Part shown: piece after piece, positions 16,259 to 26,733 of the stretch
Layout: the number at the start of each line of letters is the position of its first letter
Position numbering within the stretch: the stretch's first letter is position 1
NCBI GenBank assembly: GCA_000435175.1
Contig: FR880082.1
Location: forward strand, 31,476-95,475
DNA length: 64,000 bases
Reading direction: 5' to 3'
DNA from: Clostridium sp. CAG:245
Lineage (GTDB): Bacteria; Bacillota; Clostridia; TANB77; CAG-508
Program-made: the position numbers and the translations under genes
The notes under the pieces: generated by a model
Database searches by the model: none
The model's input: the letters and a program-made list of their open reading frames with translations, nothing else
What the model was told of the DNA's origin: nothing

Positions 16259-16822
16259 TTACCTTTCAAAATCATCTTTTATTATTTTTTCCATCTTTCT
16301 TGAATTATCATATTGAAGAACCTCACAATTTTTAAGTTTGTAATTATTATAAATTCCGTCTTTGGGTTCACCCTCAAAATAACATCTTACATAAATACTA
16401 ACTCCAGCATGAGTTACTACCAATACATCTTTCCCTACATATTTTTCACATAGTTCATCAAAAAAACTAGTTATCCTTCCTCTGAAATCAGGTAAAGATT
16501 CAATTCCTAACTTTACTTCATTTTCATCTGTAAAATCAACCATATTTTCGCATTCTGTTTTTAGTTTGCCTTCTAATTGGCCATTACATCTTTCGATTAT
16601 TCTGTCATCAATATCAATCGGTTCATCTGTGATAATTTTTGCTGTCTCTAGCGCTCTTTTTAATGGGCTTGAAAATACTTTATCAAATTTAATTCCTTCT
16701 AATTTTTCTTTTGTCTTTTTTGCTTGGCTTTTTCCTTTTTCATTTAAAGGAATATCTATTCTTCCTTGAAATCTTCCTTCTAAATTCCAATCCGTTTGTC
16801 CATGTCTTACAACGTAAATCAT
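16259..16822 (-). CDS. histidine phosphatase family protein (phosphoglycerate mutase/CobC-like)
   Basis: VVRHGQTDWN (RHG motif) and VTHAG near the C-terminal half. Confidence 0.8.
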   Translation of the reverse strand: MIYVVRHGQTDWNLEGRFQGRIDIPLNEKGKSQAKKTKEKLEGIKFDKVFSSPLKRALETAKIITDEPIDIDDRIIERCNGQLEGKLKTECENMVDFTDENEVKLGIESLPDFRGRITSFFDELCEKYVGKDVLVVTHAGVSIYVRCYFEGEPKDGIYNNYKLKNCEVLQYDNSRKMEKIIKDDFER

Positions 16823-17035
16823 CTATTTTTCCTCCTTTTTTAGTTTACTATAGTTTTTATTTTATGTCAACGATCAACTAATCTTACATAATGTGTTAAA
16901 ATTTTATATTGTAACATTTTTTTTACCTCTCTATTATCTATTTCAGACTTTCTTCGCAATTTTTTGCTTTATAATTGTTGCAAATTATGTAAATTGGTAT
17001 TATAATAGATAATCGTTAAAAGGAGATAATTCAAG

Positions 17036-18097
17036 ATGAATAATTACTTAGATTTAAAAAATATAAAAGCTTTTTCTGAATATTCAAAATTAGAAGAAGC
17101 GGGACAAGTCATCAGAAATGGTGGTCTCGTTCTGTTCCCTACCGAAACTGTTTATGGCCTAGGTGCAAATGGACTCAATTCAGAAGCGGTTAAGAATATT
17201 TACGTAGCTAAAGGACGTAGCTCAGATAACCCATTAATTTTACATATTTCTGATATTGAGATGCTTGGCAAAATTGCAAAAGATATTTCTGACGTCGAAT
17301 TCAAATTGATGAATGCCTTCTGGCCAGGTCCATTCACAATAATTCTTAACAAGACCGATGCCGTGCCTTCTGTTGTAGCCGGAGGCTTGGATACTGTTGG
17401 CATTCGTATGCCTAGTAACGAGATTGCTAAAAATTTAATAAAATACGCTGATGTTCCGATTGCTGCACCGAGTGCCAATATTTCTGGGAGGCCTAGTGGT
17501 ACAAATGTTGAAGATATTGACCAGGAGCTTAAAGATAGAGTTGACTATATAATTGATGGTGGAGAGTGCCAGATTGGAGTTGAATCTACTGTAGTAAGGG
17601 TTATAGATGGCATTCCACATATTCTAAGACCTGGAAAAATCACAGCCGAAGAGATTAAAGAAATTGCTGGCAGTGTTATAATAGACAAACACATTTTAGG
17701 GAAATTAGATGTAAACGAGAAGGTTATGTCTCCAGGAATGAAATATAAGCATTACGCTCCCAACACCAAATGTGTATTAGTGTACAATGAGAATACAGAA
17801 ATTTTACGTGCAAATATTTGTAAAATAGTCGGAGATTGTTATACATCTAACAAAGTACCACTTGTAATGTGCTTAGATGAAAATGCAGAATTCTTAAAAA
17901 ATATGTATCAAAATCTACAAATATTTAACCTTGGTTCTTCTCTTGATGAAATGTCTAAAAACATATTTACTGATTTACGAAAAGCCGATAAAACCAATGC
18001 AGATTTAATCATAATTCAAGGAGTCTCAACTGATGGATTAGGCCTTGCTATAATGAATAGATTATTACGAGCTTGTAATTTTAATATTATTAGATAA
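17036..18097 (+). CDS. tsaC: L-threonylcarbamoyladenylate synthase (TsaC/Sua5/YwlC, long form with Sua5 C-domain)
   Basis: FPTETVYGLGAN, KGRSSDNPLILHI and PSANISGRPS motifs; 353 aa. Confidence 0.85.
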   Translation: MNNYLDLKNIKAFSEYSKLEEAGQVIRNGGLVLFPTETVYGLGANGLNSEAVKNIYVAKGRSSDNPLILHISDIEMLGKIAKDISDVEFKLMNAFWPGPFTIILNKTDAVPSVVAGGLDTVGIRMPSNEIAKNLIKYADVPIAAPSANISGRPSGTNVEDIDQELKDRVDYIIDGGECQIGVESTVVRVIDGIPHILRPGKITAEEIKEIAGSVIIDKHILGKLDVNEKVMSPGMKYKHYAPNTKCVLVYNENTEILRANICKIVGDCYTSNKVPLVMCLDENAEFLKNMYQNLQIFNLGSSLDEMSKNIFTDLRKADKTNADLIIIQGVSTDGLGLAIMNRLLRACNFNIIR

Positions 18098-18124
18098 AAA
18101 ATTTCTCAATACTTAATGTAGAAA

Positions 18125-18165
18125 GAGTATATAGAATAATTTGTGTAAAATTATTCTATATACTC
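18125..18165. terminator. bidirectional terminator hairpin
   Basis: GAGTATATAGAATAAT / ATTATTCTATATACTC, a 16-bp stem between the convergent tsaC and rpn-like genes. Confidence 0.55.
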
Positions 18166-18197
18166 AAATCGTCACTTTTCTTTCTATAATTTAATTG

Positions 18198-19136
18198 TTA
18201 TTTAATTATTTGTTTTACTTCCTCAGTGCTTATATTTACAATTTCAGCTATTTTTTCAATTGGAGTATTTAAAGAATGAAGTTTTTTTACAATTTCTACT
18301 TCTTTTTCTTTTCTGCCACGTGCTTCGCCTTCTTTTTCTCCAAGTTCTCTGTTTGTTTTCATCTCAACATTGTATCTCATTATACTCCATTCACGTTCTT
18401 CATATTTAGCTATTTCATCTGGATCTTTGCTTAATTTATCTAATTCTTTTACTGTTTTGTCTATTTCTTCATTTTCCTTCGCCGACATTTTTACCTTCTC
18501 CTCCTTACTTCCATCTATCAACCATAGCCATTGCTCTAGCTTTGTGTTGCAGTCTGGATTTTTTTCTTTAAATTTAGGCAGTTCTATAAAGTGCATTTCA
18601 AATATATTTGTTGCCTCTTCCTCTTCTTTTTTATAACCCATATCAACAAATTCTATTGGTTTTGTTTCTTCATATTTCATTTTGGCTATTGAATGATATG
18701 AATTTCTCTCTAAATAATTATATTTCAATATGTTTATTGTTATTATCTTTTTTAATTCTTTATAATTCTGCTTAGCTTTTAATTGCTCTGCTGCAAGTTT
18801 TGATAAATATGTACTAGACCTTTCTTTTATATTGTGTTCATTTGAGACCTGCATCTCTACATCTACTACTTTTTCATTATCTATATCCAATTTTAAATCT
18901 AATATTCCAAGTTTTTCGTCTGCCATATTAGGTGTTAATTCTGGATTTTTTACTTCTACTTTATTTATATGTATATTTAAAATTGATTCTAAAAAATCCT
19001 TTAACATTGAATTATTTTCTTCTCTTGCAAATATTCTTTTAAAGACATAATCTGATGTTAATGGCAATCTTTTTACTTTTTGTTCTTCTGTTCTAATATT
19101 ATTTTCTTGTAAATCGTCCATTGGCTTCCTTTCCAT
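18198..19136 (-). CDS. Rpn-family recombination-promoting nuclease / putative transposase (PD-(D/E)xK, YhgA-like)
   Basis: N-terminal LTSDYVFKRIFAREEN and LGILDLKLDIDNEKVVDVEMQV (D...E-x-Q core), typical of this family. Confidence 0.7.
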   Translation of the reverse strand: MERKPMDDLQENNIRTEEQKVKRLPLTSDYVFKRIFAREENNSMLKDFLESILNIHINKVEVKNPELTPNMADEKLGILDLKLDIDNEKVVDVEMQVSNEHNIKERSSTYLSKLAAEQLKAKQNYKELKKIITINILKYNYLERNSYHSIAKMKYEETKPIEFVDMGYKKEEEEATNIFEMHFIELPKFKEKNPDCNTKLEQWLWLIDGSKEEKVKMSAKENEEIDKTVKELDKLSKDPDEIAKYEEREWSIMRYNVEMKTNRELGEKEGEARGRKEKEVEIVKKLHSLNTPIEKIAEIVNISTEEVKQIIK

Positions 19137-19422
19137 TTTACCATCTTATTTACTATTTTTCAACTAATAAGTAAAATTTTTGTATATTTTCTTTCATACT
19201 TTTATCTGGAAGTTCTCAATATAATATTTCTCTTTGGATCACAATTGTTTTAATATAAAGTTTGGTATTCAACCTTTCGCTATAGCGAATACAGAAATTA
19301 AATTCTTAGATTTAATAGTAGTTTGATAAAATTTTTTAGAATTCTAATAAAAATTAACGTTAATTACTCTTTATAGGTTTTCATCTACTTAAAGTATCTG
19401 AATTATATACCTAAAAATGCAT

Positions 19423-19473
19423 AAAAACAAGCATAACCGTGTGTCAAATTTCGACACATTTACGCTTGTTTTT
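19423..19473. terminator. terminator downstream of fabI (nested hairpin)
   Basis: AAAAACAAGC...GCTTGTTTTT outer stem with a GTGTC...GACAC inner stem. Confidence 0.55.
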
Positions 19474-19531
19474 CATTACACCATAAACACATAAATTTCA
19501 AGAGCAAATAGTACAATAATTATAATCTACC

Positions 19532-20305
19532 TTATGCTCCCATTATATTGTACCCATTATCTGCATATATCACTTGTCCTGTTATTGCATCTGACATATC
19601 ACTTAGCAAAAATGTAGCTACATTTCCAACTTGTTTTGTAGTTACATTTTTGTGTAACGGTGCTTTTTCTTCCACTATTGTAAGCATTGATGAAAAGTCT
19701 TTTATTCCTTTAGCAGATAGTGTTTTTATTGGTCCTGCAGATATTGCGTTTACACGCATTTCTTCTTTTCCAAGGTTTTCTGCAAGATATCTTACATTTG
19801 CTTCTAATGCTGCTTTTGCGGCTCCCATTACATTGTAACCGTTTATTACTTTCGTAGAACCATGATATGTTAATGTTACTATGCTAGAGTGTTCATTTAG
19901 CATATCTATTTCTTTTGCTTTTCTTGTAGCAAGTAGCAATGAATATGCACTGGTTTCCATAGCATGTAAATACCCGTTTTTACTTGTATATATAAAATCA
20001 TTATGCAAGTCTTCTGTGTTTGCATGTGCTATTGAATGTACTATTCCATCTATTTTTCCATTTTCTTCTTTTATATTTTCAAAAACAGATTTTACCTGTT
20101 CGTCATCAGAAGCATCATCTAGTGCATATATTTTGCTGCCTTTAAATTCAGATACAAGTTCTTTTACTTTTTCTTTGTTGCTCTCTCCTCTATATGTAAA
20201 TATAAGTTTGCCTCCATTTTCATACACTGATTGTGCGATGCCAAACGCAATACTCCATTTATTTCTAATTCCCATTATTAATATTTTTTTGCCTTCTAGT
20301 AACAT
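19532..20305 (-). CDS. fabI: enoyl-[ACP] reductase (NADH), FabI
   Basis: Matches E. coli FabI along its full length by eye: GKKILIMG...SIAFGIAQ, YNVMGAAKAALEANVRYLA, RVNAISAGPIKTLSAKGI. Confidence 0.9.
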   Translation of the reverse strand: MLLEGKKILIMGIRNKWSIAFGIAQSVYENGGKLIFTYRGESNKEKVKELVSEFKGSKIYALDDASDDEQVKSVFENIKEENGKIDGIVHSIAHANTEDLHNDFIYTSKNGYLHAMETSAYSLLLATRKAKEIDMLNEHSSIVTLTYHGSTKVINGYNVMGAAKAALEANVRYLAENLGKEEMRVNAISAGPIKTLSAKGIKDFSSMLTIVEEKAPLHKNVTTKQVGNVATFLLSDMSDAITGQVIYADNGYNIMGA

Positions 20306-20308
20306 TAG

Positions 20309-21256
20309 CTAAACCTCCTTAAATCCGCTTATTTTTCTAAATTTTTGGTATCTTTCTTCTACAATTTCATCATTTGTTTTACTTTTTAATTCTTGAACTG
20401 TTGTTTGTATTTCTTGTTTTATTTTACCTGTTATATTTTTAAACAATTCTTTTTCTATTTTCTCGTTATCATTTATTTTGTTTTCTTTCAGTGTTTTTCT
20501 TATTTCTTCTACTTGCATATTGGGTTTCATTTCTATATCCATTGTTTTTTTAATATTTTGATTTTTTTCTATTGTATAATTTTCAATTGACTCCTTAATT
20601 ACTGTTTCTATTATCCCCATGTCATATAAATCGTTTGCTGTTAATTTCATTCTGTCTGCAGCCTCTTTGAACCTACTCGAATCTTTCCATAGTATACTAC
20701 TATATCCTTCCGGAGACAATATTGAATATATAGCATTTTCCAACATTATTACCTTGTTTGCAACCCCTATTGCCAAAGCTCCTCCTGACGAGCCTTCTCC
20801 GATTACAATTGCAATTACTGGTACTGTGAGTTTTGCCATTTCAAACATAGATTTTGCAATTGCCTCACCCTGTCCTCTTTGTTCCGCTTCTACACCAGGA
20901 TAAGCTCCTTTTGTATCTATAAATGTAATTACGGGTCTATTAAATTTTTCAGCCTGTTTCATAATCCTAATTGCTTTTCTATAACTTTCTGGATTTGGCA
21001 TTCCAAAATTTCTTTCGATATTTTCCTTGGTATTTCTGCCCTTCTGTTCTGCAATTATTGTATAATTTTGATTTTCAATCCTGCCTAATCCACATACCAT
21101 AGCTTTGTCATCTCCATAGCATCTATCACCATGAAGCTCTATAAATTCATCAAATATTTCATTTATATAATCTAATGCTGTTTTTCTCTTTGGGTTTCTT
21201 GCAATTTCAACACGTTCCCAAGCCGTAAGCACATTTTTTTCTATTTTTTCTACCAT
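20309..21256 (-). CDS. accA: acetyl-CoA carboxylase carboxyltransferase alpha subunit
   Basis: [15 protein letters not shown] and [10 protein letters not shown] motifs. Carries a ~60-aa lysine-rich C-terminal extension. Confidence 0.9.
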   Translation of the reverse strand: MVEKIEKNVLTAWERVEIARNPKRKTALDYINEIFDEFIELHGDRCYGDDKAMVCGLGRIENQNYTIIAEQKGRNTKENIERNFGMPNPESYRKAIRIMKQAEKFNRPVITFIDTKGAYPGVEAEQRGQGEAIAKSMFEMAKLTVPVIAIVIGEGSSGGALAIGVANKVIMLENAIYSILSPEGYSSILWKDSSRFKEAADRMKLTANDLYDMGIIETVIKESIENYTIEKNQNIKKTMDIEMKPNMQVEEIRKTLKENKINDNEKIEKELFKNITGKIKQEIQTTVQELKSKTNDEIVEERYQKFRKISGFKEV

Positions 21257-21293
21257 ATAAAAACTCCTCTTCGAAATTTTTTCTGCTTAGCAA

Positions 21294-22133
21294 TCATCTA
21301 TTTAATTTTAATAGTCTGCTTAGTGTTTCTTTCATATCTTTTCTTTCTACTATTTTGTCTATAAACCCATGTTCTAGCAAAAACTCTGCAGTTTGAAATC
21401 CTTCAGGTAGCTCTTCTCCAATGGTTTGTTTTATTACTCTTTGCCCTGCAAACCCAATCATTGCACCCGGTTCTGCTAAAATTATATCTCCTAAGCTTGC
21501 AAAAGAAGCCGTAACTCCACCATATGTTGGGTCTGTTAGTACAGATATATACAACAAGCCTGCTTTGTCTAGCTTTGTTAGTGCAGCAGTAGTTTTTGCC
21601 ATCTGCATAAGTGATATTATTCCTTCTTGCATTCTTGCACCTCCAGAGCAACAAAATATTACAATTGGCATCTTAAATTCAATTGCCTTTTCTATGCTGT
21701 ATGTTATTTTTTCACCCACTACTGCACCCATGCTACCCATCAAAAAACCACTATCCATTATGCATATTACTACATCTTCTCCATTTATCTTGCCTATTCC
21801 ACAGCTTACTGCTTCCTCGAGCCTTGTCTTTTCTCTTAATGACTTTATTTTCTTTTCATAATCTTCCAGTCCTAATGGATTGGTAGTATCTATGTTTAAA
21901 TTAAACCTTTTATATGTTCCTTCATCTATTATTTGCTCTAGCCTTCTGCCAATATGCATTCTAAAATAATGACCACAATTAGGGCACACACTTAAATTGT
22001 TTCTCAGATTTTCCTTGTATAAAATTTCTTTGCAATTTTCACACTTTACCCATTTTCCGACTGGTATGTCAATTCTAGAATTTTTGTTATTTATTAGCTT
22101 ATTTTCTCTTTTCTTTATCTGGTCTACAATCAT
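21294..22133 (-). CDS. accD: acetyl-CoA carboxylase carboxyltransferase beta subunit
   Basis: N-terminal Zn ribbon [28 protein letters not shown], plus SGGARMQEG. Confidence 0.9.
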   Translation of the reverse strand: MIVDQIKKRENKLINNKNSRIDIPVGKWVKCENCKEILYKENLRNNLSVCPNCGHYFRMHIGRRLEQIIDEGTYKRFNLNIDTTNPLGLEDYEKKIKSLREKTRLEEAVSCGIGKINGEDVVICIMDSGFLMGSMGAVVGEKITYSIEKAIEFKMPIVIFCCSGGARMQEGIISLMQMAKTTAALTKLDKAGLLYISVLTDPTYGGVTASFASLGDIILAEPGAMIGFAGQRVIKQTIGEELPEGFQTAEFLLEHGFIDKIVERKDMKETLSRLLKLNR

Positions 22134-22252
22134 TGCATTTTCCTCTCTTTTATGCTTTTACATTTCTTAATATAATCTTAGCCAAGTATTATAATGAACT
22201 ATGTATTGTATTTTTACTTTAATTATTCCAACTCTAAGAAACTATATTTATT

Positions 22253-23599
22253 TCAGGATTTTTCTTCCGTCATCTTTTCTATAAAGGATGTGTCAAAGTT
22301 TCCTCTTATAAAGTCTGGATGAGTGATTATACTATATAAGAAATCTCTATTAGTATCTATTCCCTCAACTACAAGCTCTTCCAATGCTCTTTTCATTTTA
22401 CTTATAGCCTCTCCTCTAGTCTGCCCATGCACAATTATTTTTGCTATCATAGAATCATAATTTGCAGGAACAGTGTAACCCGCATAAATTGCAGTATCAA
22501 CACGTACACCATTTCCTCCTGGAAGGTTTATTCCAGTTATAGTTCCTGGTGAAGGTCTAAATTTTTTACTTGGATTTTCTGCATTTATTCTACACTCAAT
22601 AGAGCTTCCTCTAAACTCAATATCTTTTTGCTTAAATCTTAATTTTTCTCCTGCTGCAATCTTTATTTGTTCTTTTACTATGTCTATTCCTGTACGCATT
22701 TCTGTAATTGGATGTTCTACCTGAATTCTAGTATTCATTTCCATAAAATAAAAATTCTTATCTTTATCCACTAAAAATTCTACAGTTCCACAACTAGTAT
22801 ATCCAGCTGCTTTTGCTGCTTTTATTGCCGCATTTCCCATTTTATTTCTTAGTTTTTCGTCAATAGCAGTTGATGGTGTTTCTTCTATTATTTTTTGATG
22901 GTTTCTCTGAAGTGAACAATCTCTTTCTCCTAAATGAACAATGTTTCCATGTTCATCTGCTAATATTTGAATCTCAACGTGTCTAGGATTTTGAATAAAT
23001 TTCTCTATATATATTTCATCATCATTAAAAGCATTTTTTGCCTCTTGCTTAACAATATTATAATTAGTTTCTAATTCATCAAATGAATTTACTTGCCTTA
23101 TTCCTTTTCCACCACCACCGGCAGAAGCTTTTAAAAGCACAGGATAGCCAATTTTTTCGCACACTAGAACTGCTTCTTTCAAATTTTTCACACTGCCATC
23201 TGAGCCAGGAATTGTTGGAACTCCTTCTTGTTGCATTAATTTTTTGCTATTTGATTTGTTACCTAAAAGATTTATTACATTTGACTTTGGTCCAATAAAT
23301 TTAATATTTGATTCTTCACAAATTTTTGCAAACTCTGCATTTTCAGATAAAAATCCAAAACCTGGATGAATGCTATCTGTTTTAGTAATGTTAGCAGCCT
23401 CTATTATGTTCTTAATGTTTAAATAACTTTGTTTAGGGTTTGCTGGTCCTATACAAATAGCCTCATCTGCAAGTTTAGTGTGTAGTGCTTCTTTATCAGC
23501 CTCTGAATATACAGCAACAGTTTTTATATTCATTTCTTTGCACGCTCTTATAATACGAACTGCAATTTCTCCTCTATTAGCAATCAAAATCTTGTTCAT
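22253..23599 (-). CDS. accC: biotin carboxylase
   Basis: ILIANRGEIAVRIIRA, GGGGKGIR and EMNTRIQVEHPITE. Confidence 0.95.
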   Translation of the reverse strand: MNKILIANRGEIAVRIIRACKEMNIKTVAVYSEADKEALHTKLADEAICIGPANPKQSYLNIKNIIEAANITKTDSIHPGFGFLSENAEFAKICEESNIKFIGPKSNVINLLGNKSNSKKLMQQEGVPTIPGSDGSVKNLKEAVLVCEKIGYPVLLKASAGGGGKGIRQVNSFDELETNYNIVKQEAKNAFNDDEIYIEKFIQNPRHVEIQILADEHGNIVHLGERDCSLQRNHQKIIEETPSTAIDEKLRNKMGNAAIKAAKAAGYTSCGTVEFLVDKDKNFYFMEMNTRIQVEHPITEMRTGIDIVKEQIKIAAGEKLRFKQKDIEFRGSSIECRINAENPSKKFRPSPGTITGINLPGGNGVRVDTAIYAGYTVPANYDSMIAKIIVHGQTRGEAISKMKRALEELVVEGIDTNRDFLYSIITHPDFIRGNFDTSFIEKMTEEKS

Positions 23600-23703
23600 T
23601 TTTTAAATTATTCCTAGCCTTTCTTTATTTTTAGTCTTTGTAAAGTTTATAACATACTACTAGCATTTGACTCGTAACTATTTTGAGATGTGCACATCAT
23701 TTT

Positions 23704-24126
23704 TTAGACAACCGCAAACGTAAACTCTCCCTTTGCAGCAAGTTTACCGTCCACTGTTGCAATTCCTTCTCCGATTCCTATCGGACCTTTCTTCTTTATA
23801 ATTTTTACTTCTAGTTTTAATTTATCTCCTGGCACAACCATTTTTTTAAATCTTAATTTATCAATTCCACCGAATAAAGCATTTTTTCCTTTATTCTCTT
23901 CTAGGCTTAATATTGCAACCGCACCAGTTTGAGCTAAGCTCTCTGTAATTAATACACCTGGCATAATCGGATTACCTGGAAAATGTCCCTTAAAATACCA
24001 TTCATTTTCGTTCACATTCTTATAAGCTATAGCCATTTCTCCAGGTACAAATTCTTCTACCTCATCAATCATTAAAAATGGATCCCTTTGCGGAATTATT
24101 TTTTCTATATCTTCTTTCTCTAACAT
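23704..24126 (-). CDS. fabZ: 3-hydroxyacyl-ACP dehydratase
   Basis: LPQRDPFLMID-type start (IPQRDPFLMIDEV) and HFPGNPIMPGVL. Confidence 0.95.
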   Translation of the reverse strand: MLEKEDIEKIIPQRDPFLMIDEVEEFVPGEMAIAYKNVNENEWYFKGHFPGNPIMPGVLITESLAQTGAVAILSLEENKGKNALFGGIDKLRFKKMVVPGDKLKLEVKIIKKKGPIGIGEGIATVDGKLAAKGEFTFAVV

Positions 24127-24141
24127 TTTTCCTCCTTTTCT

Positions 24142-24168
24142 CCCAATAGGGACGCCCCTTTTGGGGCG
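24142..24168 (-). repeat. GC-rich twin-hairpin repeat, copy 2 (in the accB-fabZ spacer)
   Basis: The reverse complement CGCCCCAAAAGGGGCGTCCCTATTGGG shares a 21-nt core with 15342-15369. It can fold as CGCCCC-AAAA-GGGGCG and TCCC-TATT-GGGA hairpins. Confidence 0.6.
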
Positions 24169-24176
24169 AAATATTT

Positions 24177-24653
24177 TTAAGCAATTTCAAATAGTGGCGT
24201 GCCATATTCTACTGGTTGTCCATCTTCTACCAATATTTTTTCTATTTTGCCATTATAATCTGATTCAATTTCATTCATTAGTTTCATTGCCTCTATTATA
24301 CAAAGTGTGTCTCCTTTTTTTACTTCTTTTCCAACTTCAACATAAGCATTTGATGTTGGCGAAGGTTTTAGATAAAATGTTCCAACCATAGGAGATTTAA
24401 CGATATTGTTTTTTTCTTTTGTTTTTTCCGAGTAATCAGTCTTTTGTCTAGAATTTTCTTCTACAATCCCTTGCAAGTTTTCTATTTTTTCTTGTTTGTT
24501 ATTATTTTCTTCTATTACACAATTATTTTCTATTGTCTGATTGTTTTGTTTAGTCATTTTTATCTTTGTTCCATCTGCAAAATCGATGTCTATAGATGTC
24601 AACTTAGAATTTCCCATATCTTCCATTAACTGTTTTATTTTGTCATATTCCAT
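24177..24653 (-). CDS. accB: biotin carboxyl carrier protein
   Basis: [11 protein letters not shown] biotinylation motif. Confidence 0.9.
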   Translation of the reverse strand: MEYDKIKQLMEDMGNSKLTSIDIDFADGTKIKMTKQNNQTIENNCVIEENNNKQEKIENLQGIVEENSRQKTDYSEKTKEKNNIVKSPMVGTFYLKPSPTSNAYVEVGKEVKKGDTLCIIEAMKLMNEIESDYNGKIEKILVEDGQPVEYGTPLFEIA

Positions 24654-24681
24654 TTTAATAATCGCACTCCTTTCTTAATTT

Positions 24682-25926
24682 TTAATCTTCAAATTTTTTT
24701 ATTGCAATGCAAGCATTGTGTCCACCAAAGCCCAATGAATTGGATAATACTATGTTTAAGTTTTCTTTTATTGAATCTCCAACAACTAAATTCAAGTCGC
24801 ACTCTTCGTCTTTTTCCTTGTAATTTATATTTGATGGAACAATTCCTTCCTCTATTGCTTTTGTACATATTACTGCTTCAACTGCACCCGCAGCTCCAAG
24901 CAAGTGCCCTGTGTTGCCTTTTGTTGAACTTACCATTACATCAGTATTGTTTCCAAATACTTTCTTTATTGCTAGAGTCTCTGTTAAATCATTTAAATGA
25001 GTAGACGTTCCATGTGCATTTATATAATCTACTTCATTTGCCAATATTTTGGCATCGTCCAGAGCTCTTTGCATTGCACAGGCGCCTCCTTCTCCGTCAG
25101 GACATGGTGATGTTATATGATATGCATCTGTTGTTGCTCCAAAACCGATTACTTCTCCGTATATATTTGCATTTCTGCGTTTTGCATGTTCTAGCTCTTC
25201 TAGCACAACAATTCCAGCACCTTCTCCCATTACAAAACCGTTTCTTTGCTTATCAAAAGGAATGCTTGCTCTATTTTTATCTGTTTCAAATGATAATGCC
25301 TTCATATTCTCGAATCCAGCAATTCCAACCTCACATATAGCTGCCTCTGCTCCACCTGCTATAACAACATCTTCAAGTCCTAATTTGATTGTTTTATATG
25401 CTTCTCCAATTGCATGAGTTGAAGATGCACAAGCAGTTAAAATAGACATTGATTCTCCTTTAAAACCAAATTCAATTGCTATATTTCCAGCAGCCATATT
25501 AGCTATTGACATCGGAATAAACATTGGAGATACTCTTTTATTGCCTTTTTCGTTGTCTATTCTACATTGTTCTTGAATAGTAGTAAGCCCTCCAATTCCT
25601 GAACTTACAAATATTCCAACTCTATTAAAATCTGTATTTTCTTTTGAAATTTCACTAGATTTTACAGCCTCTCTTGCTGCAATTATTGCAAATTGAGAAT
25701 ATCTATCTAATCTTTTTGCCTGCTTTGCTTCAAAGTGTTCAAGCGGATTGTATTCTTTTACTTCTGCAGCAAGCTTAGTTTTAAAGTTTTCTGTATTAAA
25801 TAAAGTAATTTCATCTATTCCGCATTTCTTTTCCTTTATTGAATTCCAGTTTTCCTCAACATTTTTTCCAATTGGAGTTATCGCACCTAATCCTGTTATA
25901 ACAACTCTTTTATCCATTTTCTCCAT
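24682..25926 (-). CDS. fabF: 3-oxoacyl-ACP synthase II
   Basis: RVVITGLGAITPIG; active-site region ACASSTHAIG, HGTSTHLND and GHLLGAAGAVEA. Confidence 0.95.
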   Translation of the reverse strand: MEKMDKRVVITGLGAITPIGKNVEENWNSIKEKKCGIDEITLFNTENFKTKLAAEVKEYNPLEHFEAKQAKRLDRYSQFAIIAAREAVKSSEISKENTDFNRVGIFVSSGIGGLTTIQEQCRIDNEKGNKRVSPMFIPMSIANMAAGNIAIEFGFKGESMSILTACASSTHAIGEAYKTIKLGLEDVVIAGGAEAAICEVGIAGFENMKALSFETDKNRASIPFDKQRNGFVMGEGAGIVVLEELEHAKRRNANIYGEVIGFGATTDAYHITSPCPDGEGGACAMQRALDDAKILANEVDYINAHGTSTHLNDLTETLAIKKVFGNNTDVMVSSTKGNTGHLLGAAGAVEAVICTKAIEEGIVPSNINYKEKDEECDLNLVVGDSIKENLNIVLSNSLGFGGHNACIAIKKFED

Positions 25927-25998
25927 TCCTCTCTAACCGATTTTACTCTTTACCAGCATTTTAAATAAGACTGGTTAAGTCTTTCTATTTTTGCCAAA

Positions 25999-26733
25999 TT
26001 ACATTAACATTCCACCATCTACATTAATAATCTGTCCTGTTATGTATGAACTTTGTTCTCCTGCCAAAAATTTTACAACATTTGCCACATCTTCTGGCGT
26101 TCCCATTCTGCGTAATGGTATGTTTTTTGCAATTTCTTCTTTTACTTCTTGTTTCAAAACATCTGTCATTTGTGTTTCTATAAATCCTGGTGCTACCGCA
26201 TTTACCAAAATGTTTCTACTTGCGACTTCTTTTGCCAAACTCTTTGTAAATCCTATTATTCCTGCTTTAGAAGCCGAATAGTTTGTTTGACCAGCATTTC
26301 CGCTTACTCCAACCACTGAAGAAATGTTTATAATTCTTCCACTTCTTTGTTTTATCATGTATGGTATTACGTTTTTTGTTACATTGAATGTACCTACAAG
26401 ATTAACATTTATAACATCTTCAAAATCCTCTTTTTTCATTCTCATCAATAATGCATCTTTTGTAATCCCTGCATTATTTACTAAAACATCAATCTTTCCA
26501 AATTCATTTATAATCTGGTTTACCATATTTGCAGTATCATCAAAAATTGATACATCACCTTTTACTGGCAAGCATCTTACATTTAACTCTTTTATCTGTT
26601 TCTTTATATTTTCTAAGTCTTCATTTTCTTTTCTATAATTAAATGCAATGTCATAACCATCTTTTGCAAATTCTATTGCAATTTGCTTTCCAATCCCTCT
26701 GGTTGCTCCTGTTATAAATGCTACTTTAGCCAT
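25999..26733 (-). CDS. fabG: 3-oxoacyl-ACP reductase
   Basis: TGATRGIG, NNAGI and YSASKAG SDR motifs. Confidence 0.9.
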   Translation of the reverse strand: MAKVAFITGATRGIGKQIAIEFAKDGYDIAFNYRKENEDLENIKKQIKELNVRCLPVKGDVSIFDDTANMVNQIINEFGKIDVLVNNAGITKDALLMRMKKEDFEDVINVNLVGTFNVTKNVIPYMIKQRSGRIINISSVVGVSGNAGQTNYSASKAGIIGFTKSLAKEVASRNILVNAVAPGFIETQMTDVLKQEVKEEIAKNIPLRRMGTPEDVANVVKFLAGEQSSYITGQIINVDGGMLM

